A DNA stretch of 64,000 nucleotides from Naegleria gruberi (GCA_000004985.1 GG738889.1); one strand, 5' to 3'. Shown: positions 12,601 through 23,654, numbered from the stretch's first letter. Notes: a model not told the origin generated them from the letters alone. Numbers and translations are program-made.

Positions 12601-14393
12601 ATTCCAGCAAATAGTTCCAATTTTCTAGTTCTAATATTCACTCGCCACAAACAATGTTTTTCACTATCTGAAAAATAAACATAATTACTTATATAGGCAA
12701 TGCCAACTGGAGTGCCAATACCACTGTCCTTTGAAACCAGTGTTTGGGATATTCCAGTACTAACATCTACCATTAAAACTCTATAATTCTTTGTGTCTGA
12801 AACAAATAGAGTGACATTCTTTTCGAGATTGTAATTCACTACTGCAACACAAACTCCTTGTGGACTGTTGAGAACTTCTGATAAACCATCAACCATTTGT
12901 GTATTGGTTGAATTAAAGAAGAATGATCCAGTCATTGGTTGAGATTCTAGAGTATTCAAATTGAATTTCACAAGAAAATTCGAAGCCCAATAGTTAATAT
13001 TATTAACTACGAGTAAGTTTGATTGGTGATCAGTGGTAATTGATATTGGATCAGTAAATATAGGAATCTTACTGTGTAATCCACGTTTCAAATCTAATAG
13101 AGAAGTGCTAATCCTTTCAGATATTCCACTCATAAATGAATATTTCAGTAAACGAGCTGATTGAGAATCAGAAATCAGCAATTCCTCTTCTCCATTCTTA
13201 TTCTTAATAATGATCAAATCTTTTGGTGATCTGAGACCAGTCATTGTTCCTCTGGTTTTTTCAGCAAAGGGAACCCTACTCGAGTAAATTGTTGAAATTA
13301 ATCCTGACCTTCTATCCACCATTCTCATTTCATCTGAAACATCCACAAAAACAATTGCTCCTCCAATGGAAATTGTGACTGATATTGCATTGGTTATTTG
13401 AGCTTCAATGGCTAGCCCTCCATCGCCCAATGATCCTGTGTTTGTTCCCTTAATGACATGTTCGAAAACTCCCATTTCGAGTGAATTCACACTTTCATCC
13501 TGATTGTAAACAGTTGTAAATTTCTTAGATGTCACTGCTTGAGGTCCAGAAAAATAAAAAGTTTCTTCCACAATCGTATTAAGTCCATTTTGATATGTTT
13601 TCAAAGAGGTAACATCAAAAGCAAAAGACATACTATTCCTACAGTCAAAAACAGTACGTGTTCCATTTCTGAATATTCTTTCACCTTTTGATTGAAGTAA
13701 AACTTGCCATTCATCTCTTTCATTAATGATAATTCCTTGAATTGACTCTGAAAAAGTCCTGTACAGAGATACATAACCATTCCTTAACAAGAATACATTG
13801 TAATCTTGTGTGAAATAAACATCAATTTCATCCATATTCGAATACTTGTTAATTGGAACGGAGATTGTTTGGGGATAAATAGAAATTGATGTGGCATTCA
13901 CTTTTTCTGTGGAATCCAAAAATTTACATTGACCATCTCCAGCCAAAGTTGTGATCATTCCATCTGCAGTGTTTAGTCTCTTCAAAAAACAATCCGAATA
14001 GAAATAAATTAAATCAATTGCTCTAGTTGACGACGATTGAAAGGAAACAACCTGAAACTTGGGCCAAACATTGGACCGAACAAAACTGATATCACCTGTT
14101 TCAATGTTCAATTTTGCAAGTTGATATCCTTCACTACCTGTGTTTGATGTGAAATAAATAATGTTTGGATCAACTTTTGAGAACATTGCCCTCGCAGCAA
14201 CGCCAGACAGCTGGTTCTTCTTCTCCAAATATCCAATAACAGGTTTTGATTTATATTGCACAAGTCTCTTCCGAACTAAACTTTCCGTTGTTGGTATTTC
14301 TTGTTGACAAAAAACTGGTGATGTGAAAAACAATGTCACGATTAAAAAACACATCAAAACAGATGCCTCTTTACTGAAAGATAATGATGACAT
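9606..14393 (-). CDS. Receptor protein kinase with an NHL-repeat beta-propeller ectodomain, EGF-like Cys-rich modules, one TM helix and a TKL-like kinase domain, about 1562 aa. It has 3 exons: 14393..12543, 12495..10208 and 10155..9606.
   Basis: A signal peptide (MSSLSFSKEASVLMCFLIVTLFFTSPVFCQQE) is followed by multiple NHL-type repeats (…YVTDFGNNKIRKI…, …IFADSNNNRIRMI…, …IADTNNNRIRTV…). Next come EGF-like modules (CSGNGNCFDINQCSCNQGFFGNNC…CVCNSGYTGKDC…CLCQSSYFGKDC), a TM helix (GLSSAIVLLIVTAICFIIFISYI) and the kinase. The kinase carries GEGGMGSVF, AVKV, HRDLKPANILL (with the HR|D codon split by an intron), DFGLG and APE. The introns are 47 nt (12496..12542, GTAAGT..TAG) and 52 nt (10156..10207, GTATGT..TAG). 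Confidence 0.85.
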
Positions 14394-14413
14394 TTTTTTC
14401 ACTCTCTTACAAG

Positions 14414-17400
14414 TTATTTATTATTGGAAGGATTGTTAGGGGTATTCAAGTCTGAAAGTTTTCCAATGAAAGATGAACGAAGTCTACCAGCAGTGTTTGT
14501 CAATTTTCCTGCAATGGTAGCACCTCTTTCTCTGAGTGATGGTGTAGATAATCCATTGTTTGGTTGACCTGTGGTTGGTCGTTGGTTTGGTGGTAAAACT
14601 GGAAGTGTTGGGAGATTCTTTTGTGGGATGGTTGGCAATGGTTTTCTATCATGGTCATCAGTAGGAGAACTAGCTCCATTATTATTGGCTAGGAGTTTGT
14701 CTTTACCAGAAAAGCTCAACACTGTTTCAAGTTTGATTTCACCTGTTTGAGCAGGAGAAACTTCATCTTGAGGTTCGGTAAGTTTGTCTTGCAATAGTTT
14801 GGTTTGCAACTCCAAATTTTGCATTTGAAGGTTTTGGTTTTGTTGTTTTAACTCCGCCAACTGCACATACAAATCAGAAATGATATTCTTCAATTCTGCA
14901 TTGACTAATTGTTGGTCATTAATTTCACCTCTGACGATTTGAGCTGATTCACCCTTCTTTTCCATTTTGAGAGCTCTCTCAGTTTGTTGAATTTGTCTCT
15001 TTACAAGTACATTATACTCCTTCTCAACCTTTCCCTTGTCGATTTGAGTCTTTTGTAAATCTTGTTGTAATTGAATGATATGTTCACGAAGAGTTCTATG
15101 AAGAGCATTTGTTTCCTCTTGAGCCTTCTTGAACTTTTTCTTTTCTTCCTTTAGTTTAAAGTCCAAATCGGTAATCTTTCTATCTCTGAGATCACATTCA
15201 GATTGTAATTGTTTGGTCAAGTGCTTTTGTTGGTTCAGCAATTTACGTGTTTCACTCTCCTGAGTAAGGTAAGTGGAGATACTTTGCTCACGGTTTTCCT
15301 GCTCCTTTCTAAAAGATTGGATATATTCATGGAGTTGACTGAATTCAACTCTGAGAGAAAATTCTTCTTCAGCAGCAACACGAAGAGAATTCTTGATAAT
15401 TTCGAATTGCTTTTGCATGCCTCTCAACTCACGATTTTGATGTTCAATACTTTCATCTGTTAAAACTCTATTAACAATTTCTTCATTCTTCTTATCATCA
15501 ACTTCTTGCTTCCTTGTTTCAAAGAAATCTCTGCCAATATCTGTTTGAACACTCATGTCAATACGCATATTTTTGATACGGAGTTCTTCAATTACTCTAG
15601 CACTTAATCTAATCCAGTCTGCAAGTTGGTTAGGAGTTTCTGGATAGATGAAAAGTCTCTTTTCATTACCATTAATGATGGCCAAAACTTCCTTTGGCAT
15701 TGGTTGATTTTCTTCAATTGGTACTTGTGTCTTGATATACTCTGTTGTATCAGACAAAGCCATATGATAGAACAAGTACTTATCAATGGCATTTGTAGAA
15801 TCCTTTACAAAGCTTTGAGGTGGAAGTTTTTGAGTGAGACACAAAATTTCACAAGTATCTAACAAGACACAGTGAATTCTCTTGAAAGTATTTGAACTGT
15901 GAGTGAGTACTTTACAAGGTCCTTCAATAAGAATATTCTTCTTATTGTCATCAACTTTTGGTGTGTTGGTAACAGCTTGGGGTTGTTTAGAAGGAGTCTT
16001 GATAGATGATTGTTGGTTTTGCATATCGGCCAATACTTCTGTAAGGTGAATCTTACTCTTGATGGCTTCATTCAAAGCTTCTGTCTTATCATTGAGTTCA
16101 GAGTGCATATTATTGAAAAGTCTTGTCAAACTATAATGTTCAATAAGAGTCTTTGTGAAGGATCTTTGTGATTCTGCTATTAAATCTCCCAAATTTTGGA
16201 ATTTTTTGATAATCAAGAGAGTCTTCTTATCAGCAAACATGGCAAAATAACCTTGTAACATATCTGCCCATTGTTTGATATCCTTGAATTGGCTTCTCAA
16301 GAGCTTGGAAATTACATAAACCATCTCTGGTTTGATTTCAATACGCAAAGAGTTCTCTGAATGTCCAAGGGAAGGATCCATAGCTTGGAACCAAATACCT
16401 CTCTTACTCAATGGCTTGGTATAATCATTGATAAGTCCAATCATCCAATCAACTGGTGCCGAGGTGAGTGGAACAACTTCCAAATTGTCAAATGTTGAAG
16501 TCTTTGGAGCACTGTTAATATCATCCAATGACTTGAAAGGAACACCAGTCTTAATCAAACAGTGAACATTTGTACCAGTACCATAGAGCTTGAGTTCATA
16601 TTCATGAGATCTATTACTAAAGCTTTGAACAGGTTGTTTTGATATTCTGTCCAAATGTTCAATACGGTAGAGACTATCAAACATTGGTAGGGTAGCACCC
16701 TCCATGATACTTCTTGTTGGCAAGTGAGTGACCCCCAATGTCTTGATTTCCACACCAACAGCATTTGGTCCTTGACCTTTTCCGATGACATAAACTTCAA
16801 CCTCCTCAAGAGAAATGTCGAACAACATTGGATAGAAAGTTTGGTGAGTGGTGGCCAAGAATTCTTGAACTGTCTTCTTGTCCTCTTCCTCCTCCGTAAG
16901 TTCTTGTTCCTCTGATTGTTCTTTAACAACTTGTGGTTTCTTCTTTGTATCTTTGATCTTTTTAGCAACAGTCTTGATGACTGGAATTAATTCAGTCTTG
17001 ATGGTTGGAATGATTTCTTCCTTAATGACTGGAATAATTTCAGCAGTACTTTCTTTGGTTTTTCTCTCAATTTTGGCAGGTTCTATGGTACGAATTGTTG
17101 GTGTGGAAATGCCTGTTGCTATGGAAATAGGTTCTGGCTTTTTCTCTGACGAATCAACTTCCACAGAAACAAATGAGTCAATTTCTTTCATTGTCAATGT
17201 TAGAGTTGGTGTTTCCTTTGGAGTATCGAAGGCCGATTCTGAAGTAATAATCTCAAATGAGTCATCACCTTCTTCGGTATTCATTTCTTCATCAGTCAAT
17301 GGTTCTTCATCCTCTTCATCCTTTTCTGAAGGTGAAGTAGCAGCCGATTTCGACTCTGCTTCCTGTCCAGCTACTTGTGGTAAAGAAGATTCTTGTTGTT

Positions 17401-20400
17401 GCTGTGTTTGTTCTTCTTGGTTTTCCTCTAAAACTTCAACTGAGTCTTTTGGTGAAAGAGACTCTTCAACCTTTGGTGAAGTAATTCCTGTTTCGCTCTC
17501 CAAAAAGTCAGTAGGCAATTGTGAAACCAATTCCTCTTCTTCCTCTTGAGCCTTCTTCTTTTCAGGCAAGTACTTTTCACGAATCTTACTGTATGTTCTC
17601 TTCACTGTTCTATTCATAATTTCCATAGGTGATACATCAAATGCATTTTCTCTGGAATTTAAGAAATGAAGAACATGGTATGCAGTGTCAGTATTTAAAC
17701 CAATGTGAAGTCCGTTTGCTTTCAAAATAAGTCTTGGATTTCTCAAAAAATTTGAATTTCTGTGAGGTTCCATCTGTGGTTGGTCACTAGGAGTTGCTGG
17801 TGACTTTTTAGTATCAGCATTCAAATCCATTGGATGTTCATATCTGAAAACTATCATGTGACCAGGAGATTTGGTTTTATCATACATTGGGAATACATAT
17901 GGAGACTTTTGTGAAATGCTCGAATGCATATGGCTTACCATGATCGAAGAAGGATTTTCACCATTTTGTGGAGAAGTTATTTCAAAGTGAGCAATCTTAC
18001 TCTTCACCGTTAAAAAGTTGCTAACCTTTGTAGTATTGTTGGTTTCTACTAAAACCTCAGCTCCACTCAAAACCATAGTCAATAATTTTGCATCCAAAGA
18101 AGGGTCATACTGTGAGGAGAAGAATGCCTCCATTGAGGTGGCAGATGAAGCAGTAATTGAAACTTCAAGCTTGGCAATCTTGGACATGAACATGAGAGGG
18201 ATGAGACGAATATCTTCCTTTGGAGCTTCAATAATAGGTTGAGGTTGATTTGGTTTTTTGAAAAGATCAATATTATGGTCATGGAATGATTTGGTACTTT
18301 GAATTAGGAAGGACTTGATCATTGGAGGATCATCAACAAATGTACGTATGAATTCCAACAATAAAATCACTTGAGATTGGTTCATGTGGAAATTCAAATT
18401 TTCAATAAAGGTAAGAAGTACAATTTTTGGTAACTTGGCATGGTAATCTGACAAGGTTTCATCATTGATACCCAAATCAAAAGTCAAGGAAAGAGGTTCC
18501 ATAATTCTCTGTGGTGGTGAGTGAATGGAAGGCATGATTTGAATCAAAAAGTCGGATATTTTGACCTTGAACTTGTTTGGCAAAACTTCCCATAGAGAAG
18601 AATGTAACGAACTGTAATCTGAACCACTTGATGGGAATGTATCAATTGATTTTGGAGCAAAGAGTGAATCCTTATCCTTCTTTCCCCATTCCGATTGTTT
18701 TCTAATTCTAGGATCACTAGTGATGATCAATTCTCTATTATCAATACAAACAATTTCATTCACATCGGTCATTAGATCTGGTGAGTAATTTGAAGGAATA
18801 AAAATTTTTGGACTTCTAATTTCCACAAGGAAGGAGAAGCTCTTCTCATCTCCTCCACTTTCTTCATCTGAATTGTAATCAGAATTTGATGAATTGATAG
18901 AGTTACTGGATGGTGAAACTTTCAACTTTTCTGCACTTTTAGTTGTGGATGCCATAGAGCTGAGTGAACCAGTTGGATTAAGAGGTTTACCAAGTTGTAT
19001 GATACTATCCACAGGAGGTTTGACGGACATGTCTGGTAAACATTCTAGAGAAAATTCCAATAATCTAATAAGTCTACGAACATCGAGCATGATATTGATA
19101 GGATTCACTCTACATTCTAAAATGAATTCCATTCCTTCACCCTTAACAAACTTTAACCTGACCATTTCTTTCCCTTCCTCAAAGAATTTTCTTTTAATGA
19201 CAGAGTTTGGTCGGTATACTCTATCAGTTTTAGTATAGTCAGGATAGTATCTGTGTGTTGATAAAAATTCAGGCCAGACGTCCAAATTGACTGTATAACT
19301 GTGTGATCCTGTAACTGTAGGACTCACTATTTTTGTAGTTTCTGCATGATGACTCACAAAATCATCCTCTTCAAACTCTTCTTTAAATATTTGAGGTTGA
19401 ATAATATAATTTTCATCTTTCAATTCATTATCTGTAGTATTGTGATTTCCAATGAGTTCCAAATCCAAGAAAGAAGCTGCTGTTTCTGATAAATTTCCTT
19501 GTCCCTTGAAACTTGTAGTAATTTCCTTAAATTGGATGAAAGGAATTCCGAGTTGAATATTCTTATCCTCAGGTGTATCCTCTGGCATGACCAAGCCTAA
19601 CTGGAATCCCAACATTTCAAAATAGTACCCAAGTACACGTCTATTTTCTCTTCCAACAACTTGTTTAGGTTGATTATTCTCATCACGACTATACAAAAAT
19701 GTCATTGAAAACTCGTTTAAATTTACAACTATACACTTTCTGACAGTGTCTTGTGGAGTTGAGGATTTCTTAATCATATCATCTGTAATAATTTCCATAT
19801 CATTTAAATCTCCATCCATTTCTGCCAATTCCTCTTCAAGTTTGGCTTCATCATCCGAATCCTCCTCATCACCATTATTATCAACAAAGAATTTAGAAAT
19901 TGCTTTAGATTGTCTAGCTGTTGTTGTTGTGTTGGTCATTGATGTTTTGCTAGATTTTGATGAAAGACTAGATTGACTGCCTGATCTTTTTGTTCTCTTT
20001 ACATATGTTGTTAGTGGATCTTTTGGTTGAATTAAATCCTGTCTTGCTGATGCTGATTTAAAAGCTAACAAGACTCTGATAAGTGCTTTAATATCGTCCT
20101 GTCTTAGTGTTATTGCTATTTTAGGAAGAATAATTTCAGCATTGATACTCAGTAGTGATGATTGTTTACCCACTGTTACTGCTCGCTTTTTCATTGTTAT
20201 AAAGATATTACAAGTTATATCATTTAAAAGCTTGATAGGGTCTGAGTTTGGTAAGAAACTATTTGCTGATGGTGTACTCTTTATACCTGTGCTAGAAAAG
20301 ACTGAACTAGGTATGAGAGAGATGGATATTGATTCAATAGTACCCATACGATGCACCCAAACAAAAGGATTTTTATCAACCTTTGGGATGGCTTGTTTTA

Positions 20401-20977
20401 AATCTGGTACAGGTTTAAATCTATAATCTGTTGTTTGAAGGGTAAATCCCTTGACTAGAATTTGCAATACATGAGGTGTATATGGTCCAATTTGTGTTGA
20501 AGGTATTGGCCCGAGAGTTTTAATATTAATTTCAACTCTATTTACCACAATCTTGAGACCATCAATAATTCTATCCACAAATCCATACTTGCTGGTACCT
20601 GTTTTTGATGAAGAAGAACCTTCATCACCCTGAGATCCTCTGTTCTTTTCCAGAAAATCCTTCAGTGGTGTCTTTTTAACAAAAGGTTTTGTTGGTTCCT
20701 CCAAGTTGATAACCAACTTATCGAGAGTGATGATGAGAGGATCATTTGTTAAACGTGTAAGACCTGGTAAACGTATGGAGAGTTGATTGACGTGAGCATC
20801 CATTACTTGAAGAAAATCAATAGGTAAAACCTCTTGAATAACTTGTTCATTGACGAATAAATTATTCAGAGACCCTGATCCCTTCATAAACGATAGAGAC
20901 AAGGCATCCTTTCCCCAGTTTTTAATAAAGACGGAAAGATATTTTCCCAACACACTAGAAATCAATCTATCAGCCAT
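14414..20977 (-). CDS. Chorein-N bridge-like lipid-transfer protein resembling BLTP3/UHRF1BP1/SHIP164, 2186 aa, single exon.
   Basis: The ORF is uninterrupted over 6.5 kb. Its N-terminus (MADRLISSVLGKYLSVFIKNWGKDALSLSFMKGSGSLNNLFVNEQVIQEVLP…LSIRLPGLTRLTNDPLIITLDKLVINLEEP) matches the chorein-N pattern of UHRF1BP1/SHIP164, from my memory of that family. It also has an acidic Glu/Asp-rich segment and a long C-terminal coiled coil (…ELKQQNQNLQMQNLELQTKLLQDKL…). Start is ATG 20977..20975 and stop is TAA 14416..14414. Confidence 0.75.
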   Translation of the reverse strand: MADRLISSVLGKYLSVFIKNWGKDALSLSFMKGSGSLNNLFVNEQVIQEVLPIDFLQVMDAHVNQLSIRLPGLTRLTNDPLIITLDKLVINLEEPTKPFVKKTPLKDFLEKNRGSQGDEGSSSSKTGTSKYGFVDRIIDGLKIVVNRVEINIKTLGPIPSTQIGPYTPHVLQILVKGFTLQTTDYRFKPVPDLKQAIPKVDKNPFVWVHRMGTIESISISLIPSSVFSSTGIKSTPSANSFLPNSDPIKLLNDITCNIFITMKKRAVTVGKQSSLLSINAEIILPKIAITLRQDDIKALIRVLLAFKSASARQDLIQPKDPLTTYVKRTKRSGSQSSLSSKSSKTSMTNTTTTARQSKAISKFFVDNNGDEEDSDDEAKLEEELAEMDGDLNDMEIITDDMIKKSSTPQDTVRKCIVVNLNEFSMTFLYSRDENNQPKQVVGRENRRVLGYYFEMLGFQLGLVMPEDTPEDKNIQLGIPFIQFKEITTSFKGQGNLSETAASFLDLELIGNHNTTDNELKDENYIIQPQIFKEEFEEDDFVSHHAETTKIVSPTVTGSHSYTVNLDVWPEFLSTHRYYPDYTKTDRVYRPNSVIKRKFFEEGKEMVRLKFVKGEGMEFILECRVNPINIMLDVRRLIRLLEFSLECLPDMSVKPPVDSIIQLGKPLNPTGSLSSMASTTKSAEKLKVSPSSNSINSSNSDYNSDEESGGDEKSFSFLVEIRSPKIFIPSNYSPDLMTDVNEIVCIDNRELIITSDPRIRKQSEWGKKDKDSLFAPKSIDTFPSSGSDYSSLHSSLWEVLPNKFKVKISDFLIQIMPSIHSPPQRIMEPLSLTFDLGINDETLSDYHAKLPKIVLLTFIENLNFHMNQSQVILLLEFIRTFVDDPPMIKSFLIQSTKSFHDHNIDLFKKPNQPQPIIEAPKEDIRLIPLMFMSKIAKLEVSITASSATSMEAFFSSQYDPSLDAKLLTMVLSGAEVLVETNNTTKVSNFLTVKSKIAHFEITSPQNGENPSSIMVSHMHSSISQKSPYVFPMYDKTKSPGHMIVFRYEHPMDLNADTKKSPATPSDQPQMEPHRNSNFLRNPRLILKANGLHIGLNTDTAYHVLHFLNSRENAFDVSPMEIMNRTVKRTYSKIREKYLPEKKKAQEEEEELVSQLPTDFLESETGITSPKVEESLSPKDSVEVLEENQEEQTQQQQESSLPQVAGQEAESKSAATSPSEKDEEDEEPLTDEEMNTEEGDDSFEIITSESAFDTPKETPTLTLTMKEIDSFVSVEVDSSEKKPEPISIATGISTPTIRTIEPAKIERKTKESTAEIIPVIKEEIIPTIKTELIPVIKTVAKKIKDTKKKPQVVKEQSEEQELTEEEEDKKTVQEFLATTHQTFYPMLFDISLEEVEVYVIGKGQGPNAVGVEIKTLGVTHLPTRSIMEGATLPMFDSLYRIEHLDRISKQPVQSFSNRSHEYELKLYGTGTNVHCLIKTGVPFKSLDDINSAPKTSTFDNLEVVPLTSAPVDWMIGLINDYTKPLSKRGIWFQAMDPSLGHSENSLRIEIKPEMVYVISKLLRSQFKDIKQWADMLQGYFAMFADKKTLLIIKKFQNLGDLIAESQRSFTKTLIEHYSLTRLFNNMHSELNDKTEALNEAIKSKIHLTEVLADMQNQQSSIKTPSKQPQAVTNTPKVDDNKKNILIEGPCKVLTHSSNTFKRIHCVLLDTCEILCLTQKLPPQSFVKDSTNAIDKYLFYHMALSDTTEYIKTQVPIEENQPMPKEVLAIINGNEKRLFIYPETPNQLADWIRLSARVIEELRIKNMRIDMSVQTDIGRDFFETRKQEVDDKKNEEIVNRVLTDESIEHQNRELRGMQKQFEIIKNSLRVAAEEEFSLRVEFSQLHEYIQSFRKEQENREQSISTYLTQESETRKLLNQQKHLTKQLQSECDLRDRKITDLDFKLKEEKKKFKKAQEETNALHRTLREHIIQLQQDLQKTQIDKGKVEKEYNVLVKRQIQQTERALKMEKKGESAQIVRGEINDQQLVNAELKNIISDLYVQLAELKQQNQNLQMQNLELQTKLLQDKLTEPQDEVSPAQTGEIKLETVLSFSGKDKLLANNNGASSPTDDHDRKPLPTIPQKNLPTLPVLPPNQRPTTGQPNNGLSTPSLRERGATIAGKLTNTAGRLRSSFIGKLSDLNTPNNPSNNK

Positions 20978-21034
20978 CTTGTTTAAATTTTAATTATCAA
21001 ACGTGGGTCGTGTTGTTGTTGTTGATTTGTAGTG

Positions 21035-21052
21035 ATGATGATGATGATAACG
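21035..21052. repeat. Trinucleotide microsatellite (ATG)5 to (ATG)6 in the divergent intergenic region.
   Basis: The run is gtgatgatgatgatgata. Confidence 0.7.
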
Positions 21053-21364
21053 ACTCGAAAGAGAATAGTTCTTCCTTTTTATCGGCTGATTCTTCAATTA
21101 TTCCTTTTCTTGTTGTTGGAGTGTTGTGTTGTTTGGTATGGAGTTTTTTTTCTATTGTTTTCTGAACAACAGCAACTCCACCTCATCAATCGAAGGTGCT
21201 TGGAATCGAACACGAATATTTGAGTGTTTGAAAAGAACAGCTTGTTATTTAAGGTTACATCCTTGATGAATGCAAGATAACTCTTTGATAAATTCTTATT
21301 AGTACAATATTTGTCAATATTCCATACTATAAAGTAAGATGATTGATTTGTGAAAGAAGAAAAA

Positions 21365-22330
21365 ATGTTTCATCGTGATGAAGAAGAAAAGGTTTGCATT
21401 AGCTTGTGCGATTTCCAGTTTGATGATGATTGTAAAAGAAGATTGCACTCCATGCTGAAAGGAAAACTCTGCTCTTCTTCTATCGAATTAAAACCCTTCT
21501 CCAAACAATTTAATCTTTTAAATACTATTTCATTGTCTCCCTATGCTTCTTCTTCGAATACTTCCTTTTATCAGGATGTTAGAATTGTGTACAAGTACAA
21601 TTTGATCATCATTACACAGGGAAGTGACTTGATTCTCCTGGATTATCAATCTAAACAATATCTAAAATCAATTTCAATTGAAAATGGCATTACTTCCATT
21701 GAAATTGATAATGCCGAAGAGTTTCTCTATTTATTGGTCATTAATTATTCGACAAAATGTTTTTCCTTGCAAAAACATGATTTGAATCAATTGGTTAGTA
21801 GTGGTGGTAATAATTCATTACTATGGAAGAATAGCTATGGTTTTTATTTTAGAGATGACGAGCATATCTCACAAAGAAAGATAGCCCTAAAGGAAGTCAA
21901 TTCAAAACAATATGTTTACCTAATGTACTTTACCGATGGACTGGTTGTTTACAATGGCAGTAATGGTGAATTAGATCATTCATTTGTGGATCTTTACTAT
22001 AATTACTTTATGAAGTTCAATGAAAAAGGCCAGATTTTAACATCAAGTCTTAATGGATTAGGAAAATATACTTTTTGCTTGGAAGAAAACAAATGGAAAG
22101 AAGAGGAAACTGAGCCTCTCTATGCATCAGTGGAGGGAATACACTATGAGAAAAGTTCACAATTGATTTATACTATTGAAGATTCATATTTCATTGCGTG
22201 GTATGATGAACAGTTTAATGTAGAAAATAAGAAATTGGATTTACAGCAGATAACAGCAATGACTATTGATGAGAGAAGAGGAGAAATTTATATAATTTCT
22301 TCAGATAGAAATTTAAATATTTACAATTAA
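21365..22330 (+). CDS. Hypothetical protein of about 321 aa, single exon.
   Basis: An uninterrupted ORF ends in TAA. The first ATG in frame is at 21365; the ORF track begins at a GTG at 21350. I recognised no known domain. Confidence 0.55.
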   Translation: MFHRDEEEKVCISLCDFQFDDDCKRRLHSMLKGKLCSSSIELKPFSKQFNLLNTISLSPYASSSNTSFYQDVRIVYKYNLIIITQGSDLILLDYQSKQYLKSISIENGITSIEIDNAEEFLYLLVINYSTKCFSLQKHDLNQLVSSGGNNSLLWKNSYGFYFRDDEHISQRKIALKEVNSKQYVYLMYFTDGLVVYNGSNGELDHSFVDLYYNYFMKFNEKGQILTSSLNGLGKYTFCLEENKWKEEETEPLYASVEGIHYEKSSQLIYTIEDSYFIAWYDEQFNVENKKLDLQQITAMTIDERRGEIYIISSDRNLNIYN

Positions 22331-22370
22331 TTTCCCTTTCAGCTCGATAAATAGTGAATGTGTCAATTCA

Positions 22371-23654
22371 TTATTTATATCTCAAGTTTAGTAGCATGTT
22401 TAGATGTCCTAAAAATACAGTGAATTCTGATTCACTTAGAGTTTGAGCTTTGGCCTTTCCACAGCTCTCTACATATTTACATTTTTCAAACGTGTCAATA
22501 TATTCCATCCAAATGTCATACACTTCAGGATTTTTAGTCATGTTGTGGTATTTAGATAAGACAATATCACAAATATATTGTCTTACTGTTACATTTGCTG
22601 GAAAATATAATTCTGGATCCTTTGATGCCACAGATCGTTCAATGAGCAGTGGAGAATACAGTACAAACTCACAAAATGAAAAGTAATTCCTCTGAATAAT
22701 CCTATACAAATCATCCATGTGTAAATTTACAATATTTTGCTCTGCCATAACAACAGTTCCAGTAGAAGAGTTTAAATTTCCCTTTGAAAGAGATGAAAAA
22801 TATTTTCCTCCATTGGCCATATTAAGTTGAGATGTTGATTGGGAGAGAATTTTAGTGGATGATGATTGAACAATACCAGTGGATGGTGGAATTGGTTGAG
22901 TGGATGGTGGTGGAGTAGTGATTGAGATTCCAACATTTGAAGGATTTCTAAATTCAAGTTCAATATTTTCCAAAGATGCTCCAGCAATGGTTGAAGAAGT
23001 TGGCTTCCTTTCCAATAATATACCCTTTCTCAATTCAGTTAAATCTGTAGATTGATGAGCAGCAACTCTTGAACTATTCAAAATTGAAATATTCGAAAGA
23101 GAACTTCCCATTGAATCTCTCACATTATTGTAGAATACATATCCTTCACATTGTGGATGATTGGTTGAACTGCTCACTACATATAAATGAGCAAAGTGAG
23201 GAAGAGCTTTCAATTGGAAAACAGGTGGTTTCCAATTTTGAAAAATTTCATTAGCTTGAATAGAATAGGCCTTTACCGAATTAGAAACTGTCCAATGTGA
23301 TGCTTTTGATTTGAAATATTCCTTATCAAATTCTCGGGGTTGTTTTTCTCTCTTTTGAAATTGATAAAATTTATATTTTCCTATTTAATTTTCGAATATA
23401 TTTAATGATAATATTATTCGAAACCTACTTTTTGAATTTCTCAAGATGGCACACGTAATTAAAATCAACAAGAATAATACAATAAACACCGAACCCATGA
23501 TGAGGATAATAGATGTATAATCGACTTGAGTAGTTGAAATGGCTTGGTTGATGGCCATTACAACTGGTTGTTGTTGGTCGATTAAATTATTCTCGTTATC
23601 ATTCAAATAGTCCGAAATGTATTCGAATGTGTGATGAAGAATATCCGAATCCAT
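22371..23654 (-). CDS. Single-pass membrane protein with a cytoplasmic Ser/Thr-rich region, about 411 aa. It has 2 exons: 23654..23429 and 23380..22371.
   Basis: Exon 1 encodes the N-terminus plus a TM helix (IILIMGSVFIVLFLLILITCAIL). A 48-nt intron (23381..23428, GTAGGT…ATAG, phase 1) joins it in frame to the 22371..23213 ORF. The result reads …LRNSK|RKYKFYQFQKREKQP…. Confidence 0.6.

Noticed and set aside
16878-17549. A plus-strand 223-aa Ser-rich ORF, and other small ORFs at 15209..16968 and 18018..20426, all within the BLTP3-like gene.
   Set aside because: They are antisense to a 6.5-kb uninterrupted ORF with recognisable N-terminal homology. Their composition mirrors the sense-strand acidic/Ser codons.
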